NCBI GenBank assembly: GCA_900542425.1
Contig: UQNQ01000002.1
Span: forward strand, 44,843-108,842
Reading direction: 5' to 3'
DNA from: an uncultured Eubacteriales bacterium
GTDB taxonomy: Bacteria; Bacillota; Clostridia; Oscillospirales; CAG-272
DNA: 64,000 nt
Position numbers and translations under genes: made by a program. Positions 30,337-39,552 of the stretch are shown here, piece after piece; the first letter of the stretch is position 1; each line of letters opens with the position of its first letter. The notes under the pieces are model-generated. The model did not search any database, was not told where the DNA came from, and saw only the letters and a list, made by a program, of their open reading frames with translations.

Positions 30337-32547
30337 TTATGCCATTTTTGACATTTCTCTCTGTGCCATGACAAGCTGATAATAAATTCCTCGTTTTTCA
30401 ATCAACTCGTCATGCGTACCGGTCTCAACGATTCTGCCGCGGTCCAGGACAACAAGGCGTGTCGCATTCCGCAAAGTCGAAAGTCTGTGCGCAATGGCAA
30501 TGGTAGTGCGCTCTTTGGAAAGCGCAGCAAGAGAATCCTGAATCTGCTTCTCCGTTTCGGTATCAAGCGATGCCGTCGCTTCATCGAGGATCAAAATCTT
30601 CGGATTGTGCAGAAGCGCACGGGCAATCGCAATCCGCTGCTTTTCTCCGCCGGAAAGCGTGCATCCCCGTTCGCCTACCCATGTGTTGTAGCCGTCAGTC
30701 AGCTTTACAATGAAGCTGTGCGCGCCCGCTGTCTTTGCCGCAGCGATGACCTCCTCACGCGTCGCATCTTTTTTTGCATATGCGATATTCTGGAAGATTG
30801 TCCCGTTAAACAGAAAGGTCTCCTGAAGAACAACGCCAATCTGGGAACGAAGGGAGCGCTGAGAAATATCCCGGATATCCACACCGTCGATCTTAATGAT
30901 ACCCTCGTCTACATCATACATTCGCATAACCAAATTGATGAGTGTGGATTTTCCCGTTCCGGATTTCCCGACAAGTCCGATAAAATCACCCGGCTTTACA
31001 TGAAGGGTAATATCCCTGAGAACCTCTGCCGTTTCGTCATAACCAAATGACACGTCTTCGATATCGATATTTCCTTTGATATCGATATCGACAGCGTTTG
31101 CGGAATCCTTGATTTCCACCGGCTCGTCAATAATTTCAAATACCTTGGTAATCGATGTCGCCGCCTGCATAATCTGACGAGGCAGCGTCGCGAGAAACTG
31201 AAGCGGCGCATACAGCATCGCGGCATAACTTGAAAACTGCGACATTTCTCCGTAAGTCATCGTTCCACCGAGGACGGCACTGCCGGCGTAATATAGCAAA
31301 ATAAATTCTCCAAATCCCATGAGGAACTGCAAAATCGGGTTGATATATGCCCATTTTTTTTCAATTTGCAGCTGTGTTTCCTTTTCCGCAGCCGCGTATT
31401 CCTCAAAGCGCTGCGACTCCCGATGTTCCATCCCATAGGATTTTACAACGCGGATTCCGGAAAAAATATCGTGGAGAACGGTGTTTGACTGTGATTGTCT
31501 TTCCCAGTTTCGCCGGAACAGCTTGCTCATTGCTCCGCGAAAAAGAGCAAACGCTATCGCAATGATCGGCGTCGGCAGAATGATAAGCAGTGCCAGCTTC
31601 CAATCATAAATGAAAAGTGCGATGCCAACGGCAAAGAACAGCATGATTTGTTCCAGCATACTCGACATCTGATTGACAATAAACATCCGGATACGCGCCG
31701 TGTCACTGGATACCCGATTCAAAAGCTCTCCGGCGGTACGTTTGGATATACGAGCAATGGAAAGCTGCTGAATTTTATCGAATACAACCCCACGTAAACG
31801 CAGGACCACCTTGTTACCTGCAATGACAAGAAACCAGTTCCGGAAAGAGGAAAGCCCTCTTTGCACAAGCTGAGCTGCAAGAATCGCCAAAACTGCTACG
31901 ACAAACGCAGAAAGCAAAACAGGTTCCTCACTGCGGATATAATCATCTACCAAAATCCTATTGAGATAAGGAGTAATCAAATTGATTCCCGATATCACGA
32001 TAAATAAAATGATAGAAGCGAAAAGATGCCATTTATAGGGCTTCATAATCTCCCATAAACGGGCAGCAATTCTTTTCTTATCAATACAAGTAAGGCATGT
32101 CTCCGAACCTTCTCTGTAGGCGCGTCCGCATTTCGGACATACCCGTGCAGCAGGAGAATATTTTTCAAAAGCATGTCTGCCATAACGCAGATAATGATTT
32201 GCTGCTTTGATTCCCGCAGCAATCCTGCTCTTATGTGTACAATCTGCCCGGGAAATCAAAGTCACTTCACCTGATTTGGCAGTATATTCTGCAAAAACAC
32301 AGCCGATTCCGGCAGTAAATTTAAATTCTCCGATTTGGTCAATCGGAACTTCCGATATTTTTTCCCCGTTTTCAAAGACAAAAAGCTGTTTCTCCGTCAC
32401 AGTGACAAAGCCGTCCGAAAATCCATCCGGCAAGGTTCGGTCAAGGTTATATTCCCAAACAGAAACAATATCCCCATCTGAAAGACCAGGACAAAGCGCT
32501 TTTGCCCGAGAGAAAAGCCGTTCGTTTTCGTTTGTCAACATCATCAC
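30337..32547 (-). CDS. ABC exporter half-transporter (TMD-NBD) with an extra cytosolic N-terminal domain and Cys4 zinc ribbon
   Basis: 736 aa. The first ~135 aa form a non-ABC domain, followed by CPKCG..CLTC, six TM helices, Walker A GKSGTGKST, LSGGEKQR and ILILDEATA. Confidence 0.9.
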   Translation of the reverse strand: MMMLTNENERLFSRAKALCPGLSDGDIVSVWEYNLDRTLPDGFSDGFVTVTEKQLFVFENGEKISEVPIDQIGEFKFTAGIGCVFAEYTAKSGEVTLISRADCTHKSRIAAGIKAANHYLRYGRHAFEKYSPAARVCPKCGRAYREGSETCLTCIDKKRIAARLWEIMKPYKWHLFASIILFIVISGINLITPYLNRILVDDYIRSEEPVLLSAFVVAVLAILAAQLVQRGLSSFRNWFLVIAGNKVVLRLRGVVFDKIQQLSIARISKRTAGELLNRVSSDTARIRMFIVNQMSSMLEQIMLFFAVGIALFIYDWKLALLIILPTPIIAIAFALFRGAMSKLFRRNWERQSQSNTVLHDIFSGIRVVKSYGMEHRESQRFEEYAAAEKETQLQIEKKWAYINPILQFLMGFGEFILLYYAGSAVLGGTMTYGEMSQFSSYAAMLYAPLQFLATLPRQIMQAATSITKVFEIIDEPVEIKDSANAVDIDIKGNIDIEDVSFGYDETAEVLRDITLHVKPGDFIGLVGKSGTGKSTLINLVMRMYDVDEGIIKIDGVDIRDISQRSLRSQIGVVLQETFLFNGTIFQNIAYAKKDATREEVIAAAKTAGAHSFIVKLTDGYNTWVGERGCTLSGGEKQRIAIARALLHNPKILILDEATASLDTETEKQIQDSLAALSKERTTIAIAHRLSTLRNATRLVVLDRGRIVETGTHDELIEKRGIYYQLVMAQREMSKMA

Positions 32548-32552
32548 CCCGC

Positions 32553-33122
32553 TTACAGGTAGAGCTCGATTTTTTTGTAGCTTCTGCGGTCAAGTGCTTC
32601 GACATTCTCGATGACAAAACGATTTCCGTCCACATCAAACAGAAACAGCTTGCCCCCGCCCGCACGTATCATACTCTTGAACGTATCCTGAAGCGTGAAA
32701 GTCAGCCGTCCTGCTGAGGTTTCCGCATCCCAATAAGAAAAGCCGAACCGTTCCTTTACAGAATAAATCTTTTTGATAACAGGAGAATAATACTTTCTCT
32801 CCAGCTCCTGTACCAGCATTTCCCGTTCTTCCCCTTGAAAATCGTCCATTCTGCGGATAGACGCAAGCTCATAGCCGTCGACATCCAGCACAGATATGTA
32901 TTCCCAAAGAAATTCAAAGGGAAAATCCCGATGCAGCATGACGCGTACCGGTTCCGCATCTTTCGGATATTTCATGTAGAGAAATCCACCCTGTGTAAAA
33001 AAAGAAGCGTTCTCCCTCGTAATCTGAGGCGTATCCGGATTTTCCGCCACAGGCTTTCTCCTTCCGTTTTCCTCTTCAGGCGGGCGGCGCCTGCCGCCCC
33101 GATGCTCTTGTTCTGTCATCAT
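32553..33122 (-). CDS. DUF1854-like protein embedded between the two ABC genes
   Basis: 189 aa and soluble, with a basic low-complexity N-terminus. The core and C-terminal KKIELYL resemble the DUF1854 family as I recall it; an HMM search is needed. Confidence 0.6.
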   Translation of the reverse strand: MMTEQEHRGGRRRPPEEENGRRKPVAENPDTPQITRENASFFTQGGFLYMKYPKDAEPVRVMLHRDFPFEFLWEYISVLDVDGYELASIRRMDDFQGEEREMLVQELERKYYSPVIKKIYSVKERFGFSYWDAETSAGRLTFTLQDTFKSMIRAGGGKLFLFDVDGNRFVIENVEALDRRSYKKIELYL

Positions 33123-33145
33123 AACATCCTTTCCTTACCCGCGGT

Positions 33146-35431
33146 TTATGCAATACCCGCATTTTTCAGTGCCTCGATCTGTAGGCTGTAAAGCTTGTGG
33201 TAAACGCCGTCCTTCGCCATCAGTTCGTCATGCGTACCGCGTTCCGCCACTTTTCCGTTTTCGATTACAATCAGACTGTCCGCATCGCGCAGCGTTGAAA
33301 GCCGGTGCGCAATCATGATGGTAGTTTTCCCTTGAATCAGAATCTGCAAGGCATTCTGGATTTTCCGTTCCGTTTCCGTATCCATTGCCGCCGTCGCCTC
33401 ATCAAGAATCAAAATCCGCGGATTGCGCAGAATCGCACGGGCAATAGAAAGCCGTTGTCTTTCCCCTCCGGAAAGATCCTTATAGCCGAACCCGATTTTT
33501 GTATCATACGCATCCGGCAGTTTTACAATAAAATCATGGGCGCCGGCAGCTCTTGCTGCCGCAATGACCTCGTCATAACTCGCGTCGGGACGTGCATATC
33601 GGATGTTTTCCAGTATCGTACCCATAAAGAGATAAGTTTCCTGCGATACAATCGCAATATTACGGTACAGGTCCGCAAACGCCAGCTTTTTAATATCGAT
33701 TCCATCGATAAAAACTTCGCCGCTTTCAGGATCGTAAAGTCGGATCAGCAAATTGGCGAGCGTACTCTTGCCCGCGCCCGTGTGTCCGACAATCCCGAGC
33801 GTCTTGCCGGCTTCAATTTCAAAACTGACATTATCAATCACTTTATGATTTTTAATATAGGAAAAGGAAACACCGTCAAAGCGGACATCCCCGCGAAAAC
33901 TTTCACAGTGTATAGGTTCCTTTGCCTCGCACACCTCCGGCTGAGAATCCATGATTTCAAACAGCCTTTGCAGAGAGTTTGAACAATCCGCTGTCATTTC
34001 CGACATTTCACTGAAGAAAAACAACGGAGCATAAATCATATTCGTATAAGTTGTAAACATCATCAGATCGGCATAATCAATCCTTCCCTGAATCACAAAC
34101 CATCCTCCGACGCCAAGCGCCAAAAGGTTACCGAATGTATACAAAAGGAAACCGGAAAGCGGTGAAAAGAAGGTGTTGAATACACCGCGGCGAATATCCG
34201 CATCAGCAAGCCGGCGGGAACGCGCATCGAAGCGGGAAATCTCTTCCTCCTCCTTAGAAAATGCTTTCACAACCCGCATGCCGGAAAGCTCATCGGCAAG
34301 AAAAGATGTCATAGACCGCTGGCTGGAATATCGTTTGGCGTGCAGCTTCCGGTTTTTTGCATGACTGATGCGCATGGTAATCAAAGAAATCGGGATCACG
34401 GAAAGCGACAGAAGCGCAAGCACCGGATGGATAATAAAGAGCAGTACAACCAGCACGGCTACTTTTACGACATTCACAATAAAATGAGGAAGTATATTGC
34501 AGAAAAAATCATAAATCGTATTGGAATCGTTGTTGATCTGCGTCATAAGCCCTCCTGTCTGACGGCTTGTAAAAAAGCCGAGGGAAAGACGCTCGATCGC
34601 ACCGAAAATTGTTTTTTTCAGGTCAAAATTCACTTTTGCCGCAATCATGGACGTCACATAGTTGTTGACGATTGTAGAGAGCGTAGTAAAAATCTTCGCG
34701 CCGATTACAAGCACGAGGACAAAAGCGATTTCACGGTAAAAACGCCCGCTCTCCTCCAAAACCTCTCGGTAAAAAAATCCCGCCGAAAAATAGGAAGCCA
34801 AAATGCTGAGCCCCGTCATGCCGACAAGAGAAACAAGCGACAAAAAAAGATACAGCTTGTATTTTAAGAAAAAGAGCGAAATCCTTCGGAACAGCTTCCC
34901 CTTTTCCATACATTTCGGACAGATTTTCCTGTTTTTTTCAGGATAACGGCTTCCGCATTTCGGACATCTGCTAAGCTTCGGATCATCGTCCGGATCCACC
35001 GTAAACGTACCATCACGCACAATCTTTTCCAAATATTTTTTGAAAACAATCATCGAAGTGCGGCAAAAGTTTGTCATTGCCGCAAGGAAGACCGGCGCAC
35101 CGTCCTCGCCTATCGCGGTAAACCGCGCGCTGGAAATCAGTTCCTCAATCTGAAAACGTCGCAGCGTTTTCAGCGGATACACCGTATATTCCGTTTCATT
35201 CCATATTCTCGATGAAAATTTCCGACGGATATCCGTCTGACGTGAAAAAGTCCCCGTCAGAATGATGAGATCCTCCGCCGTTGCGACAAGATAGGAATCA
35301 CATGGCTCGTGATTTCTATCCCTGTCACAGTAGGCGGCAAGCAAAATATCCTCTCTTCGGATTCCCTTTTCTTCTAAAACAGCGAAAATTTCCGCCGGTA
35401 TTCGATCAATTTCAAACAAAGCAATTGCCAT
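33146..35431 (-). CDS. ABC exporter half-transporter (TMD-NBD) with an extra cytosolic N-terminal domain and Cys4 zinc ribbon
   Basis: 761 aa. The first ~155 aa form a non-ABC domain homologous to that of the partner protein, followed by CPKCG...CPKC, TM helices, Walker A GHTGAGKST, LSGGERQR and ILILDEATA. Confidence 0.9.
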   Translation of the reverse strand: MAIALFEIDRIPAEIFAVLEEKGIRREDILLAAYCDRDRNHEPCDSYLVATAEDLIILTGTFSRQTDIRRKFSSRIWNETEYTVYPLKTLRRFQIEELISSARFTAIGEDGAPVFLAAMTNFCRTSMIVFKKYLEKIVRDGTFTVDPDDDPKLSRCPKCGSRYPEKNRKICPKCMEKGKLFRRISLFFLKYKLYLFLSLVSLVGMTGLSILASYFSAGFFYREVLEESGRFYREIAFVLVLVIGAKIFTTLSTIVNNYVTSMIAAKVNFDLKKTIFGAIERLSLGFFTSRQTGGLMTQINNDSNTIYDFFCNILPHFIVNVVKVAVLVVLLFIIHPVLALLSLSVIPISLITMRISHAKNRKLHAKRYSSQRSMTSFLADELSGMRVVKAFSKEEEEISRFDARSRRLADADIRRGVFNTFFSPLSGFLLYTFGNLLALGVGGWFVIQGRIDYADLMMFTTYTNMIYAPLFFFSEMSEMTADCSNSLQRLFEIMDSQPEVCEAKEPIHCESFRGDVRFDGVSFSYIKNHKVIDNVSFEIEAGKTLGIVGHTGAGKSTLANLLIRLYDPESGEVFIDGIDIKKLAFADLYRNIAIVSQETYLFMGTILENIRYARPDASYDEVIAAARAAGAHDFIVKLPDAYDTKIGFGYKDLSGGERQRLSIARAILRNPRILILDEATAAMDTETERKIQNALQILIQGKTTIMIAHRLSTLRDADSLIVIENGKVAERGTHDELMAKDGVYHKLYSLQIEALKNAGIA

Positions 35432-35454
35432 CCTTTCCTAAACGGAACCATCGA

Positions 35455-36036
35455 TTACGCATTTTCTTTCTTGCGTAAACTGAAAATAAAAACCAAACAG
35501 ACCGAGCCCGCAAAGCCGGCGATAAGTCCAAGAAAAATCCCCCTCGCAACAGGACGGCTGTTTTGTGTAACCGTAACGCCGTCGATGACGGAAAGAGAAC
35601 CGGCGTTCAAAGCCGCAGGGATTCTGGAAGTCACCGTTTCCGTGATCTTCAGAGCAATAAGCCTTGTCTGCTCGGAATCGCGGCCAGAAACCGACATCCG
35701 AAACACGCCGGCTCCCATATCCTCGAAATCAAGCATTCCCCGGAGCTCTTCATCCGACATTCCGTCCAGTTCCCGTGCCGCAAGCGCCATCGTTTCCGAC
35801 CCCGTAATCAAGGCGATACACGGTTCTGTCAGCGATTCACACGCCGCAAGATCCGCGCTTGTGATACCGTCCCCGTAGTCGCTGCGATTCCTGACGCAAA
35901 AAGTCGCATAAGCTGTGTATTCATGAGGTAGTATGAAAGCCGTCACAGCAAGCGATATTACACCGCAAATCAATGTCACCGATAAAATCAAAAGCGTACG
36001 GCGGCGCAGTAGATGCAAAAAATCCGGAATTGTCAT
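35455..36036 (-). CDS. Wzz/CpsC-like bitopic membrane protein (chain-length-determinant fold)
   Basis: 193 aa with N- and C-terminal TM helices flanking a soluble domain. The Wzz-like N-terminus is LLILSVTLICGVISLAVTAFILPHEYTAYATF. It is the first gene of the ABC operon. Confidence 0.55.
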   Translation of the reverse strand: MTIPDFLHLLRRRTLLILSVTLICGVISLAVTAFILPHEYTAYATFCVRNRSDYGDGITSADLAACESLTEPCIALITGSETMALAARELDGMSDEELRGMLDFEDMGAGVFRMSVSGRDSEQTRLIALKITETVTSRIPAALNAGSLSVIDGVTVTQNSRPVARGIFLGLIAGFAGSVCLVFIFSLRKKENA

Positions 36037-36050
36037 AAATAGATTCCTCG

Positions 36051-36095
36051 TTTTCTGTATTTTCTGTATTTTCTGTATTTTCTGTATTTTCGGTA
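36051..36095. repeat. 9-bp tandem repeat, 4 perfect + 1 imperfect unit (TTTTCTGTA)
   Basis: Read directly from the sequence. On the minus strand it is (AAAATACAG)n, lying between a TATAAT at 36110..36105 and the RBS of the Wzz-like gene. Confidence 0.9.
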
Positions 36096-36180
36096 TATTT
36101 TCTCATTATATAAGATATATTGGATTATAACATACGGCCTCCTCTATGTCAACCCGAAAAGAGAAATCCCTCAGACTTGA

Positions 36181-36209
36181 TTGACAAATTGAAAAAGCTG
36201 TGCTATAAT
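36181..36209 (+). promoter_or_regulatory. consensus sigma-A promoter for the Mn riboswitch-mntP unit
   Basis: TTGACA (36181..36186), a 17-nt spacer, then TATAAT (36204..36209). Confidence 0.7.
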
Positions 36210-36215
36210 AGCCCA

Positions 36216-36345
36216 AAACATAAGGGAGTAGTCGGCGACGCACCCAAAAGCGGCGCTGCGAAGCCAACATACTGAACATCTCTGTTCTGGTTTTGCATGA
36301 AACGGCGAGACTTATCTGTTCCATACAGCAGATAAGTCTTTTTTT
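36216..36345 (+). promoter_or_regulatory. yybP-ykoY (manganese) riboswitch with expression-platform terminator
   Basis: Conserved blocks GGGAGUAG, CCAACAUAC and GGCGAGAC. The last block overlaps the left arm of the terminator AGACTTATCTG / CAGATAAGTCT followed by T7 (36308..36345). It sits directly upstream of mntP. Confidence 0.8.
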
Positions 36346-36376
36346 ATCTGCGAAAAAATGAAGGAGAATATAAATT

Positions 36377-36934
36377 ATGTGGGAACTTATCATCATTGCC
36401 ATCGGGCTTTCTATGGATGCCTTTGCGGTCTCCATTTGCAAAGGGTTATCGACAGACAAAGTGACATTCAGACATGCGCTTACCGCAGGCATCTATTTCG
36501 GCGGATTTCAAGCTATCATGCCTATCGCGGGTTACTTTCTCGGTGTCGGTTTCAAGGAATATATTGAAAAAATCGACCACTGGATCGCATTCGCACTGCT
36601 GGTTTTAATCGGCGCCAGCATGATTTGGGAATCACGAAAAAAAGAAGAGCAGATGACTGCTTCTTTCGGCATCGGTGCCATGCTGCCGCTCGCAATTTCA
36701 ACCAGCATCGATGCACTCGCGGTCGGCGTTACCTTTGCCATCGAAGGATCAAATATCTGGATTGCCGCATCCATTATTGGAATCATTACCTTCACACTTT
36801 CTGCCATTGGTATTAAAGTCGGCAATATTTTCGGAGCAAAATATAAATCCAAGGCGGAAATTTTCGGAGGTGTTGTTCTTATCCTAATGGGCTTTAAACT
36901 TTTACTGGAGCACCTTGGCATTTTAAAATGGTAA
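36377..36934 (+). CDS. mntP: manganese efflux pump MntP
   Basis: 185 aa with six TM helices and two internal repeats carrying the DAFAVS / DALAVG motifs. RBS AAGGAGA. Confidence 0.9.
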   Translation: MWELIIIAIGLSMDAFAVSICKGLSTDKVTFRHALTAGIYFGGFQAIMPIAGYFLGVGFKEYIEKIDHWIAFALLVLIGASMIWESRKKEEQMTASFGIGAMLPLAISTSIDALAVGVTFAIEGSNIWIAASIIGIITFTLSAIGIKVGNIFGAKYKSKAEIFGGVVLILMGFKLLLEHLGILKW

Positions 36935-37348
36935 GCGAATCCAAATAAGAGAGGAATCAAGCTTTTGAGCTTTTAGGTTATTACGCTTTTTCATTGAGCA
37001 ATTGACAAAATTTCCAAAAAAGCACTTGTATATTTTTCCAAAAAGGTTGTTAATATTTCCATTTTTTGTAACGAGAAAATCTTTTTTTGCGATGATACAC
37101 TTCAAAATTCGTTTGTTTTTGTAAATATTTAATCTCTCTTCACAGATTATTCATGTTTATGTGCTATGCTATTGAAAAAAACAGAGCCCTGTTTTTCCAT
37201 CAAATCCGCATCATTGTTCCTTACAAGTGAATAATAATAGTAGCAGAACACCCCGACAGCCAGCTGCGTAAGCCACGCAAAAATTGTCGGCAACACATGA
37301 AAATCAGAGGTACGATCAATGGTTGCAACAACTATCGCTCCGTCTTCT

Positions 37349-37936
37349 ATGAAGCGAAAACAAATACAAACGCTCTTTTTAACAGGTCTCATTCTGTCGT
37401 TTATCGGATGGGTTTGGGAAACCATATTTTCTTTTATCATACACAGCCCCAATGACAGAGGCTTTCTTGTACTGCCTTTTTGTACAATCTACGGATTTGC
37501 GTTAATTTTTATCTATCTTCTCTTTGGGACCCCGTCGGATATGCATCTTTTCGGTCGTTCGATTTTTCCAAATCATGCATTTCCGCGATATTTGGCTTAT
37601 TTTTTCTCCTCCGCCCTGCTTGCGACGGCAATTGAACTTGTAACCGCTGCCTTTTTTGAATCCTTTTTTGGTATTAAACTGTGGAGTTATACGTTCTTAC
37701 CCGGCGGAGAATCTGAATTTATTGCGCTGCTACCTTCTCTGTTTTGGGGTATTGCCATTACCCTATTTATGAGATTCCTCTTTCAGCCGATTCATCTTGC
37801 CGTAGGCAAAATTCAGCCTAAAATTTTAAGCGGACTATTCTGGGTCTTTCTCATCGCAGTGCTTGCGGACTTGACATTCAATTTTGTTTACTTGTCTGTA
37901 AACGGCACACATTATGTACTCCCGTTTTTTGATTAA
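37349..37936 (+). CDS. polytopic membrane protein, CmpB/DUF1113-like (putative ABC-transporter type IV family)
   Basis: Opening FIGWVWETIF...NDRGFLVLPFCTIYGF and later KLWSYTF resemble that family by eye. The start is taken at MKRKQIQ. Confidence 0.5.
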   Translation: MKRKQIQTLFLTGLILSFIGWVWETIFSFIIHSPNDRGFLVLPFCTIYGFALIFIYLLFGTPSDMHLFGRSIFPNHAFPRYLAYFFSSALLATAIELVTAAFFESFFGIKLWSYTFLPGGESEFIALLPSLFWGIAITLFMRFLFQPIHLAVGKIQPKILSGLFWVFLIAVLADLTFNFVYLSVNGTHYVLPFFD

Positions 37937-38011
37937 ACAAAGAAACGAAAACAATTCAACCTGAAATCTCTGGCTTTTCCTAAAGTCAGAGATTTCAGCA
38001 TTTTCGACGTT

Positions 38012-39073
38012 TCAGGAAAGAAGCTTCCGATTACATTCCGCAACTCTCGCCGCTAAGGCTTGATAGCGTTCCTCCCCACGCACACAGTCAAACCATTCCC
38101 ATCCATGCGGTCTTTCAAAAAAATCGAAACATCTCGGTATCTTTTTATAAGTCAAATTTCGAAAGCAATGACAATGATAGGGGATTTCTGTCCCATCCGG
38201 AATGGAAAACCACCGTTCCAGCATTTCCACAACTTTTTCCATTACCTGATACCCCTCCTCAATCTCACCGGAAGCAAACAGTCCTGCACAAAGACGAGTA
38301 TTGAAAAAAGCGTAATCCCAAAGAAAAGCCTCGCTTTCGTTTTTCTCCGATACTACATCCAAAAGCTTCAGCGCAATACGGTTGCCTTCCACACTTTGAG
38401 ATGGCTCGCCGTGCCAAAAACGCATATTAAAACAAATATTCCTAATGGCATCTAAATTCATTTGTTCTTTTATTTTTTCTCGTTCTTCTGCTTCTCCACG
38501 GAACTCACAGCGAGCAAGACGGAGTTCATAAGCCGTTTTTCCGAATTGGCTTTTCCGAATCCATTCTTCAACCTGTACCTCGCTTTCCTCTGTACATACC
38601 ATGATTTTTATCGCCCTCATCTGAATAGAGTGATCACTGCACTCCTCCCATATTTTACTGCAAAAGCGGCGAAGTTCAGTTAAAAGCTCTTTACTTCCCA
38701 TCCGAATCCGCATCTGCAAAAAAGAACAAAACTGGATCAAAACATCCCAGTCGCGTGGGTATTCATAAATCATCTCTCTCCAAAGTAAAAGAGCTTCATC
38801 ATATTTTCCTTCCGTTTTGAGTCTTTGAAGTCTCTGACAATATTCATTTTTCTTTTCATCCATGCTGATTCTGTCAGTTCCCATCAGCTGATCCATTGAC
38901 ACGGAAAAAAATCGGGCAATTCTAGGAAGCATCTCGATATCCGGATAAGCGGCGCCCGTTTCCCATCGGGAAATCGCTTGGAACGACACACCAAGCGTTT
39001 CCGCAAGCATTTCCTGCGTCATCCCCTTTTCCTGACGGCAGCGCCGGATATTTTCACCGATATACAGTTTCAT
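38012..39073 (-). CDS. XRE-family HTH regulator with a long all-helical (TPR-like) C-terminal domain
   Basis: The N-terminal 65 aa form a typical HTH_3 domain (IRRCRQEKGMTQEMLAETLGVSFQAISRWETG). About 290 aa of helical repeat region follow. Confidence 0.8.
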   Translation of the reverse strand: MKLYIGENIRRCRQEKGMTQEMLAETLGVSFQAISRWETGAAYPDIEMLPRIARFFSVSMDQLMGTDRISMDEKKNEYCQRLQRLKTEGKYDEALLLWREMIYEYPRDWDVLIQFCSFLQMRIRMGSKELLTELRRFCSKIWEECSDHSIQMRAIKIMVCTEESEVQVEEWIRKSQFGKTAYELRLARCEFRGEAEEREKIKEQMNLDAIRNICFNMRFWHGEPSQSVEGNRIALKLLDVVSEKNESEAFLWDYAFFNTRLCAGLFASGEIEEGYQVMEKVVEMLERWFSIPDGTEIPYHCHCFRNLTYKKIPRCFDFFERPHGWEWFDCVRGEERYQALAARVAECNRKLLS

Positions 39074-39552
39074 TCCTTTTCCTTCCTTTCACAAAGCATC
39101 CTTGACAGCCGCATTTTCATTATAACAGTCTTTTTTTGCTTTTCCAAGCCTTATCACGAGAGAATTTTTCTCGCAATAATTGAATCACTAGGCGAAATAA
39201 TGAAGATTGCCAGCGTCAGCAATCCCACCCGCTTCTTATTTCTCTTTCCCCCAAAAAACTTATTGTTTTATTGCCTGAAGTCAAAAGAATAAGTGCATTC
39301 CGCAATCATCTTTTTCAACATCAACAAGATTATCTTTTCCTTTTATAAGCCAGTCTCTCTTATAGAATATCATATATTATTTTTTATATCGATACGACCT
39401 ACCTGTTTTTCATAATACCATAACAGAAGCAAACGCTTCCGCGCTGGATTTCTACAGCCGAAAGCGTTTGCTTCTTAAATTTTACATATGTTTTTTGAAG
39501 ATGAGCAGCAGCATATATCTGTGGTTCCGAGGAATACCAAAAAGCTTTGCCC

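Noticed and set aside
36051-36095. Possible CRISPR array
   Set aside because: The units are 9 bp and directly abutting, with no spacers, and no cas genes lie nearby. This is a simple tandem repeat, and no CRISPR-like array occurs elsewhere in the window.
35921-36106. 61-aa ORF MRKYTENTENTENTENTENEE... overlapping the 9-bp tandem repeat
   Set aside because: The TEN repeats are simply the 9-bp repeat translated. The ORF overlaps the start of the Wzz-like gene out of frame and has no RBS.
37147-37452. 101-aa minus-strand ORF overlapping the start of the CmpB-like membrane protein gene
   Set aside because: It has no RBS and no recognisable family. It overlaps a better-supported plus-strand gene with clear TM topology.
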